A stretch of 64,000 bases of DNA from an uncultured Prevotella sp. (GCA_900553595.1 USEC01000005.1:2931-66930); one strand, 5' to 3'; positions 20,565-30,088 are shown, counted from the first letter of the stretch. Translations and numbers: made by a program. Notes: a model not told the origin generated them from the letters alone.

Positions 20565-21629
20565 CTACTGATTGATTATTTCCATCTGCTGGCGCACCGA
20601 CTCTTCATGCACTTCCTCGAAGATTTTACGCACGAAGTCGGGGTCCATTCCGCACAAGACTCCCTGCGCACCACGCTTGTTTTGTATCTCATTATAGCGC
20701 ACTGTCTGCAACACCGTCATGTTGTGTTCCTTCTTGTACTGCCCTATCTCGCGGCAGACACGCATACGTTTGGCGAGAAGTTCCATGAGCTGGTTGTCGA
20801 GTTCGTCTATCTGCTTGCGCAATTCATGAATGCCTTCGGTCGTGACCGAGCCGTCGCGGATGACAAGGAGACCCAGAATGTAGTCGAGGACATCGGGAGT
20901 AACCTGCTGTTTGGCATCGCTCCACGCCTCATCGGGCGAACAATGGCTCTCGACAATAAGCCCGTCGAAGCCCAAATCCATAGCCTGCTGGCAGAGAGGG
21001 GCGATGAGTTCGCGGCGGCCTCCTATGTGGCTTGGGTCGCAGATGATGGGCAGATTGGGTATGCGGCGGCGCAGTTCGATTGGAATCTGCCATGTGGGCG
21101 CGTTGCGGTATATCTTGTTGTCGTAACTTGAGAAGCCCCGATGTATGGCCGCTATGCGTGTTATTCCGGCCTGATTGATGCGTTCCATCGCCCCAATCCA
21201 CAGTTCAAGGTCGGGGTTTACGGGGTTCTTCACAAACACGACAGCGTCGGTTCCCCTCAGACTGTCGGCGAGAGCCTGCATCGCAAAAGGGTTTGCCGAA
21301 GTGCGGGCACCCACCCAAAGGATGTCGATGCCGTATTTCAATGCCAGCTCCACATGCTCCGGTGTCGCCACTTCTGTCGCTACAAGCATTCCGGTCTCCT
21401 GCTTGACGCGCTGCAACCACGGCAGTGCCTGTTCGCCGTTACCCTCGAATCCGCCCGGTTTTGTGCGTGGTTTCCACACTCCTGCACGGTAAATCCTGCA
21501 TCCGCGCGATGCCAATTGGTGAGCGGTAGTGATGACCTGCTCTTCGGTTTCAGCCGAACACGGACCGGCAATGACAAACGGCCGCTCCTTGTCGCTCGGC
21601 AGATTAAGTGGCTTTAAATTCAGTTCCAT
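20565..21629 (-). CDS. Bifunctional DAHP synthase / chorismate mutase
   Basis: IAGPCSAE, WKPRT and DPSH motifs; C-terminal AroQ-type domain (LRKQIDELD...KR). Confidence 0.93.
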   Translation of the reverse strand: MELNLKPLNLPSDKERPFVIAGPCSAETEEQVITTAHQLASRGCRIYRAGVWKPRTKPGGFEGNGEQALPWLQRVKQETGMLVATEVATPEHVELALKYGIDILWVGARTSANPFAMQALADSLRGTDAVVFVKNPVNPDLELWIGAMERINQAGITRIAAIHRGFSSYDNKIYRNAPTWQIPIELRRRIPNLPIICDPSHIGGRRELIAPLCQQAMDLGFDGLIVESHCSPDEAWSDAKQQVTPDVLDYILGLLVIRDGSVTTEGIHELRKQIDELDNQLMELLAKRMRVCREIGQYKKEHNMTVLQTVRYNEIQNKRGAQGVLCGMDPDFVRKIFEEVHEESVRQQMEIINQ

Positions 21630-21644
21630 AGTAGTATTGTTTCT

Positions 21645-22844
21645 TTATTTTCTGTTCATGTTGTTTATTCTTTCAAGTGCTTCGCGCATCTTCGCCTCCT
21701 TTGCACAAAGGCTTATGCGTATGTAGCGTGCTCCGTTCGACCCGAATATGAATCCCGGCGTGATGAAGACACGCGCCTTGTGAAGCACTTTCTCGGTGAG
21801 TTGTTCGGCGTCGGCACACTCCTCCGGAATCCGTCCCCATAGGAACATGCCCACCTGTGAGGCGTCGTATGTGCAGCCGAGAGCCTGCATTATGCATTCG
21901 GCAATGTCGCGACGGCGACGATAAATGTTTATATTCGCCTCGCGGTGCCACTCCTCGGTGTTGGTGTTATAGGCTTCTGCGGCAGCGAGTTGCAGTCCGC
22001 GGAATGTCCCCGAATCGATGTTGCTCTTTATTTTGAGAATCCATGAGATGAAAACGGGGTTGCTTACGCACATCCCGATGCGCCATCCCGGCATGTTATG
22101 ACTCTTCGACATGGAGTTGAACTCAATGCAGCAGTCCTTCGCTCCTGGTATCTGCATGAGCGACATGGGATGTTCGTTGAGGATGAACGAGTAGGGATTG
22201 TCGTTCACCACCACTATGCCATGCCTGCGGGCAAACTCCACCAGGCGCTCGTAGGTGTCACGTCGGGCGTTGCCTCCGGTGGGCATATTTGGGTAATTCG
22301 TCCACATAAGCTTCACACGCGAGAGGTCCATGCTCTCCAGTTCGTCGAAGTCGGGCTGCCAACCATTGTCCTCCCGCAGGTTATAGTTCACCACTTCGGC
22401 TCCGAGAATGCGGCTGAGTGCGGTGTAAGTGGGATAGCCCGGATTGGGCACGAGCACCTGTTCGCCCGGATTCACGAATGCAAGCGTGACATGAAGTATG
22501 CCTTCCTTCGAGCCAATGAGTGGCTGGATTTCGGTCAAGGCATCGAGTTTCACGCCATACCAACGCTCATAAAACCCTGCCATGGCACGCCGTAGTTCTG
22601 GCGTTCCCACTGTGGGTTGGTAGCCGTGGGCATCGTCACGCGCCGCCACTTCGCACAGTTTGCTTATTGTCTGAGGCGAAGGCGGCATGTCGGGCGAACC
22701 TATCGCGAGCGAGATGATGTCCTGTCCCTGTGCGTTAAGTGCCGCCACTTCCTTGAGTTTGCGGCTGAAATAGTATTCCTGCACTGCCGAAAGACGCTTG
22801 GCAGGAGCGATTTTCACATTATTCTGAATCGGTGTTGTTTCCAT
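21645..22844 (-). CDS. PLP-dependent class I/II aminotransferase (probably aromatic/prephenate aminotransferase)
   Basis: GSKEG, NYPNMPTG and SMSKSHNMPGWRIG motifs; lies in the Phe operon; start taken as METTP. Confidence 0.88.
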   Translation of the reverse strand: METTPIQNNVKIAPAKRLSAVQEYYFSRKLKEVAALNAQGQDIISLAIGSPDMPPSPQTISKLCEVAARDDAHGYQPTVGTPELRRAMAGFYERWYGVKLDALTEIQPLIGSKEGILHVTLAFVNPGEQVLVPNPGYPTYTALSRILGAEVVNYNLREDNGWQPDFDELESMDLSRVKLMWTNYPNMPTGGNARRDTYERLVEFARRHGIVVVNDNPYSFILNEHPMSLMQIPGAKDCCIEFNSMSKSHNMPGWRIGMCVSNPVFISWILKIKSNIDSGTFRGLQLAAAEAYNTNTEEWHREANINIYRRRRDIAECIMQALGCTYDASQVGMFLWGRIPEECADAEQLTEKVLHKARVFITPGFIFGSNGARYIRISLCAKEAKMREALERINNMNRK

Positions 22845-22864
22845 AGTCAAGAGCTTTTTAAAGT

Positions 22865-23695
22865 TCATTTTCCAATGTATTCTCCCAGAATCCTGAGCGA
22901 ACGGGTGAGCGGTATTATCGCATCGATGCTCTGACGATAGCGTGTGAGGCTGTCGAAGGTGAGATCGACATAGAACAGATACTCCCATTCGCAACCGATG
23001 ACGGGCAACGACTGTATCTTGGTGAGGTTTATTCCGTAGAACGAAAGGATGGTAAGCACTTTTGAAAGACTGCCCTCTTCGTGTGCGACATGAAACACAA
23101 GACTCGCCTTATCTGTCTGTTCCAAGGGTCGGAGGAAGTCGGCCTTGCTGGGATTGCACACCACGAGGAAGCGAGTGTAGTTGTGCTTGTTGTCCTGAAT
23201 CTGGTCCTGCAGCACCTTAAGTCCGTATAACCGCGCCGCCGAGGCATTGCAGATGGCTGCCATACCGTGGCACTTGTACTTGCTTATATATTCCGCCGAG
23301 CCTGCCGTGTCCTCTGCTTCGACAGCCTTTATCTGCGGATGATTGGCGAGAAAGGCGTTGCACTGCGCCAGAGCCACGGGGTGAGAGTGTACCTCTGTGA
23401 TGTCGGTCCAGTCGTCGTCGGGCAGACAACAGATGCAATGCTCAATGTGCAGCTTGTGCTCTCCCACCACCGTCGCGTCGGAGGCACGCAGCAGTTCGTA
23501 GTTGTGCAGGAGGCTTCCGGCGATGGTGTTCTCTATGGCTGTCATGCCGATGACCGTCGGGTCGCGCCGTATATTCTCATAGACCTGCTCGAAAGTGGAA
23601 CAGTAGATGAGCTGAATCTGCTCGCCCCCGAAGTACTGGTGGGCTGCAATGTCGTGGAAAGAGCCTTGAAAGCCCTGTATTGCTATTCTTTTCAT
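22865..23695 (-). CDS. pheA: Prephenate dehydratase with ACT domain
   Basis: IENTIAGS, SHPVALAQC, NYTRF and NLTKIQS motifs. Confidence 0.93.
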   Translation of the reverse strand: MKRIAIQGFQGSFHDIAAHQYFGGEQIQLIYCSTFEQVYENIRRDPTVIGMTAIENTIAGSLLHNYELLRASDATVVGEHKLHIEHCICCLPDDDWTDITEVHSHPVALAQCNAFLANHPQIKAVEAEDTAGSAEYISKYKCHGMAAICNASAARLYGLKVLQDQIQDNKHNYTRFLVVCNPSKADFLRPLEQTDKASLVFHVAHEEGSLSKVLTILSFYGINLTKIQSLPVIGCEWEYLFYVDLTFDSLTRYRQSIDAIIPLTRSLRILGEYIGK

Positions 23696-23718
23696 TGTTG
23701 TCAGACTTGTGTGAAACG

Positions 23719-23754
23719 AAAAAGCCCCGCATCACTTTTCATGTGAAGCGGGGC
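23719..23754 (-). terminator. Attenuator terminator of the Phe operon
   Basis: Minus strand gccccgcttcac-atgaaaa-gtgatgcggggc-ttttt, 24 nt upstream of pheA. Confidence 0.85.
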
Positions 23755-23794
23755 AATATCGTGATTTTACTCGATTTAACCTTTAAGTTGAAAT

Positions 23795-23872
23795 TCACAC
23801 GCAACTTCCCGCTTCACAATTCCTTGCAAAGAAAAAGAAGAAGCTAAAGAAAAATGCGTATGCCTTGTTCAT
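23795..23872 (-). CDS. Phe-rich leader peptide (pheL-like, 25 aa)
   Basis: MNKAYAFFFSFFFFFARNCEAGSCV. Its 3' part (tgtgaagcggg) is complementary to the terminator 5' arm (cccgcttcaca). Confidence 0.88.
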   Translation of the reverse strand: MNKAYAFFFSFFFFFARNCEAGSCV

Positions 23873-23892
23873 AATTTTAATATTATCTGCTG

Positions 23893-23900
23893 CAAAAGTA
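23893..23900 (-). promoter_or_regulatory. Bacteroidetes -7 promoter element of the Phe leader
   Basis: TACTTTTG, 20 nt upstream of the leader ATG. Confidence 0.7.
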
Positions 23901-23988
23901 AAACAAATATTTTGTTTCAACAAATAAACAGCAATAAAATGTCAAAAATTTCTTCGATTCATCTGCAAATTGATGCCACCGCCCGACA

Positions 23989-24855
23989 TTAGTTGCTGAA
24001 AACGCCGTAAGGGTCGATGTTTTTATATACATCCTTCACCTTCTGTTCCACATGTTCGGCAGATGCCTGTGTGTCGGAGTCGAGGTCGTCGGCGGTACGG
24101 AGGTCGTCGGCTGCACCCTCTTCATCGCCCAACCGGCGGCGTATCAGGCCACGTCCGCGGAACGCCTCTATGCAGAACGGGTTCTGTTCTATCACCATTG
24201 CGTAATCCTCCAGTGCCTCGCCGAGGTTGTTCATTGCCTCGTCGAGACGGGCTTTGAGCAGAAGCACGTCCTCGTTGCTGCCCACACGCTGGAGCAGTGT
24301 CTGCACATCGGCGGCGGCTTCATCGTACATCTCCTGCGCAAGATATACTTGTCCACGGAGCAGACGGGCTGCGTCGAACTCGGCATTCATGCCAAGTGCC
24401 TTGTCGAGCATGGCTATGGCTGTGGCGTTGTCGCCCTCGCCACGGCTGGCACGGGCGTGCAGGAAGCATGCCACGGGGTTGGCGTCGTCGATTTCCAGAG
24501 CCTTCCGGCACACATCGAGCATTGCGGGATAGTCCTCAAGCATATAGGCGATGTCGGCCATGCGCAGCAGTATGGCGGCGTTGTCGGGGCGCGACGCCGA
24601 CATGAGCGCGAGCTGACTGTAGGCTCCCGCGAGGTCGCCAAGCTGCAAAAGAGCCTGCGACAGATAGTCGCGGCACTCCAGATCGTCATGCAGTCCGAGT
24701 GCGTGGTCGAAGCATTTGGCAGCATATTCCGCCTGCCCCATGCGTAAAGCCCTCACTCCGTCATATTTAAGTACATCGAAATCCTTGCCTCCGTCTTTCG
24801 GTTTCTCGTCGGCAACGGGTTCGCTGCCACCAAACAATTTCTTGAAAAAGTTCAT
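23989..24855 (-). CDS. Tetratricopeptide repeat protein
   Basis: About six 34-aa TPR-like repeats; no signal peptide. Confidence 0.85.
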   Translation of the reverse strand: MNFFKKLFGGSEPVADEKPKDGGKDFDVLKYDGVRALRMGQAEYAAKCFDHALGLHDDLECRDYLSQALLQLGDLAGAYSQLALMSASRPDNAAILLRMADIAYMLEDYPAMLDVCRKALEIDDANPVACFLHARASRGEGDNATAIAMLDKALGMNAEFDAARLLRGQVYLAQEMYDEAAADVQTLLQRVGSNEDVLLLKARLDEAMNNLGEALEDYAMVIEQNPFCIEAFRGRGLIRRRLGDEEGAADDLRTADDLDSDTQASAEHVEQKVKDVYKNIDPYGVFSN

Positions 24856-24999
24856 GTCTTCCGTTTATTTGTCGTTTTCTTCGATTTACAGGTTTACGGT
24901 TTGCTAAGTTACGAATTATTTCCTTTCCGACAAAGAGAAAATGCGGATAAATGACGGAAACATGAAGCCCGGAAAACAGCGCCGTTTCCACCGGTTTTC

Positions 25000-25080
25000 A
25001 AACAAGCCTTGTTTGCCTGTAAAAGAAGTCTTGTTTGGAGTGTAAAGAAGCCTTGTTTGCCTGTAAAAGAAGCCTTGTTT
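25000..25080. repeat. 22-bp-period palindrome array (4 units)
   Basis: aaacaagccttgttt-gcctgta-aaagaagtcttgttt-ggagtgt-aaagaagccttgttt-gcctgta-aaagaagccttgttt, flanked by ggttttc and gaaaacc. Confidence 0.9.
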
Positions 25081-25194
25081 GAAAACCATAGTGTCTGCCG
25101 TGCAGAAACAACGGTGAAACAGCCGCCGGAAGACGAAGGGCATTCATGCTGAAAAGGCTTATATACACGGCAGGAAAGCATGCCAAGAGGCGGC

Positions 25195-25243
25195 AAAAAA
25201 AACTGCGTATGCAGAGGGAGAAAGCCCCTGTGCATACGCAGCC
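25195..25243 (-). terminator. Intrinsic terminator downstream of the 36-aa sORF
   Basis: Minus strand ctgcgtatgcacagggg-cttt-ctccctctgcatacgcag followed by T8. Confidence 0.8.
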
Positions 25244-25261
25244 TTAATTCAGGATTCCGTA

Positions 25262-25372
25262 TCAATTATACCAAACAGAAGAATCAACACGGATTTCACG
25301 CTCGTCGGTTTCGTTGTAAACGTTGTCCAACTCATACGATTCCAAATCGTAAACTCTCTTTACTGTTCTCAT
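25262..25372 (-). CDS. Candidate 36-aa acidic small protein
   Basis: MRTVKRVYDLESYELDNVYNETDEREIRVDSSVWYN. AGGAGG lies 7 nt upstream; TATCTTTG promoter at 25458-25465; own terminator. Confidence 0.6.
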   Translation of the reverse strand: MRTVKRVYDLESYELDNVYNETDEREIRVDSSVWYN

Positions 25373-25612
25373 AATGATTCCTCCTATTCGGCCTTAGTCT
25401 CATTTAGCCATTATATTATTAACATTTCTTGGGATGTGAGACATCATCCATCGAAAGCAAAGATACATATTTATCTGCAAATAGCAAGCATTTTGATTGA
25501 TTTTATTTCTTTTTTAATCAAATTTTCACTTACAGGTAATATTTTTGCAATAAAAATGCGGTTTATGTAACAATCACCATCTTTCCGACAGGCGTCACGC
25601 GACAGCCGGCCA

Positions 25613-26326
25613 TCAGTCTTTCAGCGAATAGGTGATGGTAGTGACCACTCTCACCTTCTTTACATAGGGAGTGTTGGAGTCGCGGTTGTCGATACTGAAC
25701 TGTCCCTGGTCGGCAGAGACAATCTTGTTGAGCTTGCTTTCGCTGTTTTTTGCAAACTGTTCGGCGGTCTTGCGGGCATTGGCGATGGCCTCCTCCATCA
25801 TCTTCGGCTTCATGGAGTTGAATGAAACGAACTCATACTTCACGGGGTTCTCGTACCCTCCATCGACGATTGCTATGCCTTCCTTCAACAGTTCGCCCTG
25901 ACGGGCAATGATGCTGCGCACGAGTTTCACGTTGCGTGATGTGACGGTGACGATTGACGTGATGTTGTAGCGGTAGGCTCTCTGGTTGGTGTTGTACTGG
26001 TCGGCATTGAGGTCAATCACTACCGGGGCGTTCACGTTAATCTCGTTCTCCTTCACACCGTTGCTCATGAGGAACTTCTTTATCTTGCCCTGTGTCACGG
26101 CTATGCGGTTGTAGAGTTCGGGGAGGTTGTTGCCGAGTTCCTTGGAGAGTATCGGCCATGTCACCTTGTCGGCATCCACCTCACGTTCGGAGAGTCCCTT
26201 CACCGACACTTTACGGTCCTTATTGGCGAAATCGTCGATTCCCCACTTCACGCAGAAACCGAGAATCACGATACTGACGGCAAGCAATGCCGCACTTACA
26301 ATACGGTTGTCAAAACAGTGTTTCAT
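25613..26326 (-). CDS. SIMPL (DUF541) domain protein
   Basis: N-terminal TM; VSVKGLSEREV.AD, AIANARKTAEQFA and KKVRVV motifs. Confidence 0.85.
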   Translation of the reverse strand: MKHCFDNRIVSAALLAVSIVILGFCVKWGIDDFANKDRKVSVKGLSEREVDADKVTWPILSKELGNNLPELYNRIAVTQGKIKKFLMSNGVKENEINVNAPVVIDLNADQYNTNQRAYRYNITSIVTVTSRNVKLVRSIIARQGELLKEGIAIVDGGYENPVKYEFVSFNSMKPKMMEEAIANARKTAEQFAKNSESKLNKIVSADQGQFSIDNRDSNTPYVKKVRVVTTITYSLKD

Positions 26327-26445
26327 AATAAATGGTGTTAAATTAAACAATAGCCCTGCTTCCAAGGCTTTCATTCCACTCGCGCGACAGCCCGGCATCC
26401 GGTGGTGGCGGAAGAAAGTCCCTCCCTCTTCCGCAACCGGGATGT

Positions 26446-27549
26446 TCAGGCATTATATTCCTGCAGTATGCTGACAATGCGTTCAGCCGAGCGTCCGTCC
26501 CACCGTTCCGGCACTCCGCAGGGCTTCCATTCCTTCCTCACCATCCTCTCCATCTCGGCGGAAAGGAGTTCGGGGTTCTCGCCGACGAGCACGTTCGAGC
26601 CTGTCTTCACCGTCTCTATGTGCTCCGTATAGCTGTTGAGGGTGATGCACGGAACGTGGTTGAACGTGGCTTCTTCGGCGACATTGCCGGAATCTGTCAC
26701 CACGCCGAGGGCATGAGCAGAAAGGTATCCGAACTCAAGATAGCCCAAAGGGTCGGTGATGTGCAGCATCGGGAACAGCTCAGGATGCTCCGCCACGACG
26801 GCAGACACCACTTCGCTTGCCTGACTGCGCAACGGGGCTATCACGGGAACACCGTGAGAATGTCCTGCCATCGCCGTGAGAAGCGCGCGCATTTCATCGC
26901 GGTCGGCGAGCAAGGCCTTGCGGTTAAGGGTGAGTACGATGTAGCCGCCGTCGGCAATTCCAAGTTCGTCGAGCAGCTGCGGACGGCGGAAACGCTGGTG
27001 GTTGAAGCGCAGCGTGTCCATCAGAATGTTGCCCACCATATACACTTTCGACGACTCTGCGCCTTCACGCGCCGCTGCACTGTTGCCGCCCAGACCTGCC
27101 GTGAACAGCAAGTCGGACAGTCCGTCGATGACAAGGCGGTTGATTTCCTTCGGCATACTTATGTCGAACGAGCGTGTTCCAGCCACGAGATGCGCCAGCG
27201 TTATGCCCTGCTTCTTGGTGACAATGGCTGCCGCCATGGTGGAAGCGAGGTCGTCCACAACAATGACGGCATCGGTGTGATGCTGCTGCAAGTAGCGTTC
27301 AAAAGCCGACATCACCTGTCCTGTGAGTTCGTTGAGATTCACGCAATCCACTCCAAGGAACACGTCGGGACGCTGCATCTGCAGGTCTTCGAAGAGAGAG
27401 GGTTCCAGTGTCGGGTCGGTTTCGCTGCCAGCATATACCAAGGTGTGACTTATTTCTTTGCCCTCGGCATTGGCTTTGTCGATGGCACGGATTATGGGTG
27501 CTACTTTAATGAAGTTCGGGCGGGCGCCCACTACAATACAAATGTTCAT
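26446..27549 (-). CDS. UDP-N-acetylglucosamine 2-epimerase (WecB)-like protein with altered active-site motifs
   Basis: GARPNFIK, EINR, TDSG..EEA and WDGRSAERI motifs; HVEAG is replaced by HLVAG. Confidence 0.8.
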   Translation of the reverse strand: MNICIVVGARPNFIKVAPIIRAIDKANAEGKEISHTLVYAGSETDPTLEPSLFEDLQMQRPDVFLGVDCVNLNELTGQVMSAFERYLQQHHTDAVIVVDDLASTMAAAIVTKKQGITLAHLVAGTRSFDISMPKEINRLVIDGLSDLLFTAGLGGNSAAAREGAESSKVYMVGNILMDTLRFNHQRFRRPQLLDELGIADGGYIVLTLNRKALLADRDEMRALLTAMAGHSHGVPVIAPLRSQASEVVSAVVAEHPELFPMLHITDPLGYLEFGYLSAHALGVVTDSGNVAEEATFNHVPCITLNSYTEHIETVKTGSNVLVGENPELLSAEMERMVRKEWKPCGVPERWDGRSAERIVSILQEYNA

Positions 27550-27615
27550 TCGTTTAAAATTGATAAAGGCGCAACCGTGGCTTGCACGGCTGCGCCAGAT
27601 ATTGTTTTCAGATTG

Positions 27616-28572
27616 TTATTCAGCGTTCTTGAAAAGTTCCTTTATGCCTCCTATGCTTCCAAGCACATTGGTAGCCTCGTATGGCAGGAACACGGTCTTT
27701 GTCTTGTCGCCGTCTGCCACCTCTGCAAGCATCTGTATGTACTTCTGCGCAAGGAGGTAGTTGGCGGGGTTGGTACTCTTTCCTACAGCCTCGGTTATCT
27801 TGCCTATTGCCACGGCTTCAGCCTCAGCCTTGCGTATGCGAGCCTGTGCTTCACCCTCGGCGTGGAGTATTTCCTGCTGCTTTGCAGCCTCGGCACGGTT
27901 GATGGTACTTGTCTTTTCGCCCTCCGACTGGAGTATCGCCGCCTGCTTCTGACCTTCTGATGTGAGGATGGTGGCACGCTTGTTGCGCTCTGCCTGCATC
28001 TGCTTCTCCATCGCCTGAAGCACGCTCGACGGCGGAATGATGTCCTGCAGCTCCACGCGGTTCACCTTGATTCCCCACTTGTTTGTGGCATCATCGAGCA
28101 CGGCGCGCAGCTTGGTGTTGATGGTATCGCGCGAAGTAAGGGTCTGGTCAAGTTCCATTTCGCCTATGATGTTACGCAATGTGGTCTGCGTAAGCTTCTC
28201 TATGGCGTTCGGAAGGTTGTTGATTTCATATACAGCCTTGAACGGATCGACAATCTGGAAGTATAGAAGGGCGTTGATTTGCATCTGGATATTGTCCTTG
28301 GTGATAACGTTCTGCTTGTCGAAGTCGTACACCTGTTCGCGCAAGTCGATGGTGCTTGAGTACATATATCGTCCGCGGTTCATCGTGACTATGACCTTGG
28401 AACGGTCAATGAAGGGAATTATCACGTTGATACCAGGGCTGAGCGTGGCGTAATACTTGCCCAACCGCTCGATGATTCGTGTCTCACTCTGTGGTATGAT
28501 GACTACCGCCATCTTCACAAACACCACTGCCAACATGACAATGACGATTAACAGGATTGTTAAAGCTTCCAT
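27616..28572 (-). CDS. SPFH/band 7 (stomatin/QmcA-like) protein
   Basis: N-terminal TM; IERLGKY, QNVITKDN, WGIKVNRVE and QMQAER motifs; start MEALT. Confidence 0.93.
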   Translation of the reverse strand: MEALTILLIVIVMLAVVFVKMAVVIIPQSETRIIERLGKYYATLSPGINVIIPFIDRSKVIVTMNRGRYMYSSTIDLREQVYDFDKQNVITKDNIQMQINALLYFQIVDPFKAVYEINNLPNAIEKLTQTTLRNIIGEMELDQTLTSRDTINTKLRAVLDDATNKWGIKVNRVELQDIIPPSSVLQAMEKQMQAERNKRATILTSEGQKQAAILQSEGEKTSTINRAEAAKQQEILHAEGEAQARIRKAEAEAVAIGKITEAVGKSTNPANYLLAQKYIQMLAEVADGDKTKTVFLPYEATNVLGSIGGIKELFKNAE

Positions 28573-28630
28573 AATTGTTGCGTTTAGATATTTATTATTG
28601 AAAGTATCAGTTAGGTTTCCGCACCGCAGT

Positions 28631-29080
28631 TCAGACCCGCTCCACCTCGATGATGATGCTCTCGCGACCCACGACACGCACCTTGTCGCCCACGGCAATG
28701 TCGGCAGCGTCGTGCGAACAGGCTTTCCAGTCGTCGCCGTCAATCTTCACCCGTCCGTAATCGCCGGCTTTGATTGTCTCCGACACCGTTCCTATACGCC
28801 CCATAAGGGCATCGGCATTGCTCACACGATGGTGTCCCTTGGCATTGAGCATAGCCACAAGCCGAGGCCGCAGCAGCCTTACCGAAAGCACCGAAAGCAC
28901 GGCAAACACAAGCACCTGTGCCCAGAACGGAATGCCGACAAACACCGACAGCGTGCTGCACAAGGCTCCGATGCCGAAACAGGTGATGTAGAAATCGCCC
29001 GAAGTGAGCTCCAGAGTCAGACAAACGGTTGTCAGAACGAGCCAGAAGAGCCAGAGATTCTCTGCCAGATATGCTATCAT
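28631..29080 (-). CDS. NfeD family protein (short form)
   Basis: Three TMs plus OB-fold GRVKIDGDDWKA; the usual partner of SPFH genes. Confidence 0.9.
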   Translation of the reverse strand: MIAYLAENLWLFWLVLTTVCLTLELTSGDFYITCFGIGALCSTLSVFVGIPFWAQVLVFAVLSVLSVRLLRPRLVAMLNAKGHHRVSNADALMGRIGTVSETIKAGDYGRVKIDGDDWKACSHDAADIAVGDKVRVVGRESIIIEVERV

Positions 29081-29239
29081 AACGAATCGGTTTAATTTGT
29101 TTTTACAACGTTGTAAAGTTAGTCTATTATTCTGAAACGCCAAAATTACAACAATGAAATTTTCGTTAAAGTGTATGAAAACAACAACTATTTACACACT
29201 TTATCCGTAATTTTGCCATACGACCAACTTTCAAGGCAA

Positions 29240-30088
29240 ATGAAAACAATAAAAAGATATATCGCCATTATAGCCGCAATGACGGCGATAACAGGCGTAG
29301 CGACAGCGCAGACCGACAACACTGCCGCCGGACAGAAGCCTGGGACGGAGGACAGAACAGACATAAGCCGCATGGCGGAAGAGCCTGCCGAGGGTACAGA
29401 CAAAGCACTCTCGCACTTCGACGACTCCGCACTTCAGCGCATAATGCCCACCCGTTACGGCGGACGCTCGCGCAAATACATAAGGGAAGAAGCCCATACC
29501 GACTCGCTGAATCTGCCTGCCGTCAATCAATACGGACAGCCGCAGACCATCGGACACTACCCGCTGGCTTTCGGAGGATGGTACAGTTGGGGGCTGCACA
29601 AGGGGTTGAACGTGCAGCTCGGAGCCTCGGTTTTCGCACAGTTCGGCAAGGGTGCGGCGCATGGCGTAGGCTTTCAGCAGAACATTGCGCTGATGTATGC
29701 CATGCCTATAAACGACAAACTGTCGGTAGCTGTGGGCGGTTATCTTAATAATGTGAACTTCGCCGGCGACAACTGGCGTGATGCCGGCGTGCAGGCCATG
29801 CTCGGCTACCGGTTCAACGAGCATTGGGAAGCCTACCTGTACGGACAGAAATCAATCACAAACAACATCAACAACCGTCTGCGCTACTCCATGTTCGACG
29901 GCTGTTACGGCGGAATGGGAGGCTTCGGGGGCTTCAGCCGCAACTTCTACGGAATGCCTTCCTACTCCGTTTACGACCTCAACAACTTCGGCGACCGCAT
30001 AGGTGCCACCGTAAGATATAACTTCAACAACAACATGAGCATTGAAGTGTCGGTGGAAAACCGCTGGATGCCTACTCCACGCTATTGA
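29240..30088 (+). CDS. Hypothetical secreted protein, probable small outer-membrane beta-barrel
   Basis: Signal peptide followed by Gln; alternating beta-strand patterns in the C-terminal half (LGYRFN, VRYNFN). Confidence 0.6.
   Translation: MKTIKRYIAIIAAMTAITGVATAQTDNTAAGQKPGTEDRTDISRMAEEPAEGTDKALSHFDDSALQRIMPTRYGGRSRKYIREEAHTDSLNLPAVNQYGQPQTIGHYPLAFGGWYSWGLHKGLNVQLGASVFAQFGKGAAHGVGFQQNIALMYAMPINDKLSVAVGGYLNNVNFAGDNWRDAGVQAMLGYRFNEHWEAYLYGQKSITNNINNRLRYSMFDGCYGGMGGFGGFSRNFYGMPSYSVYDLNNFGDRIGATVRYNFNNNMSIEVSVENRWMPTPRY

Noticed and set aside
24909..25265. Short ORFs with repeated KQGFF/QTRLL/NKASL peptides (also near 20269, 36432-37158, 51258-51692 and 62759)
   Set aside because: They are translations of the palindrome arrays rather than plausible proteins.
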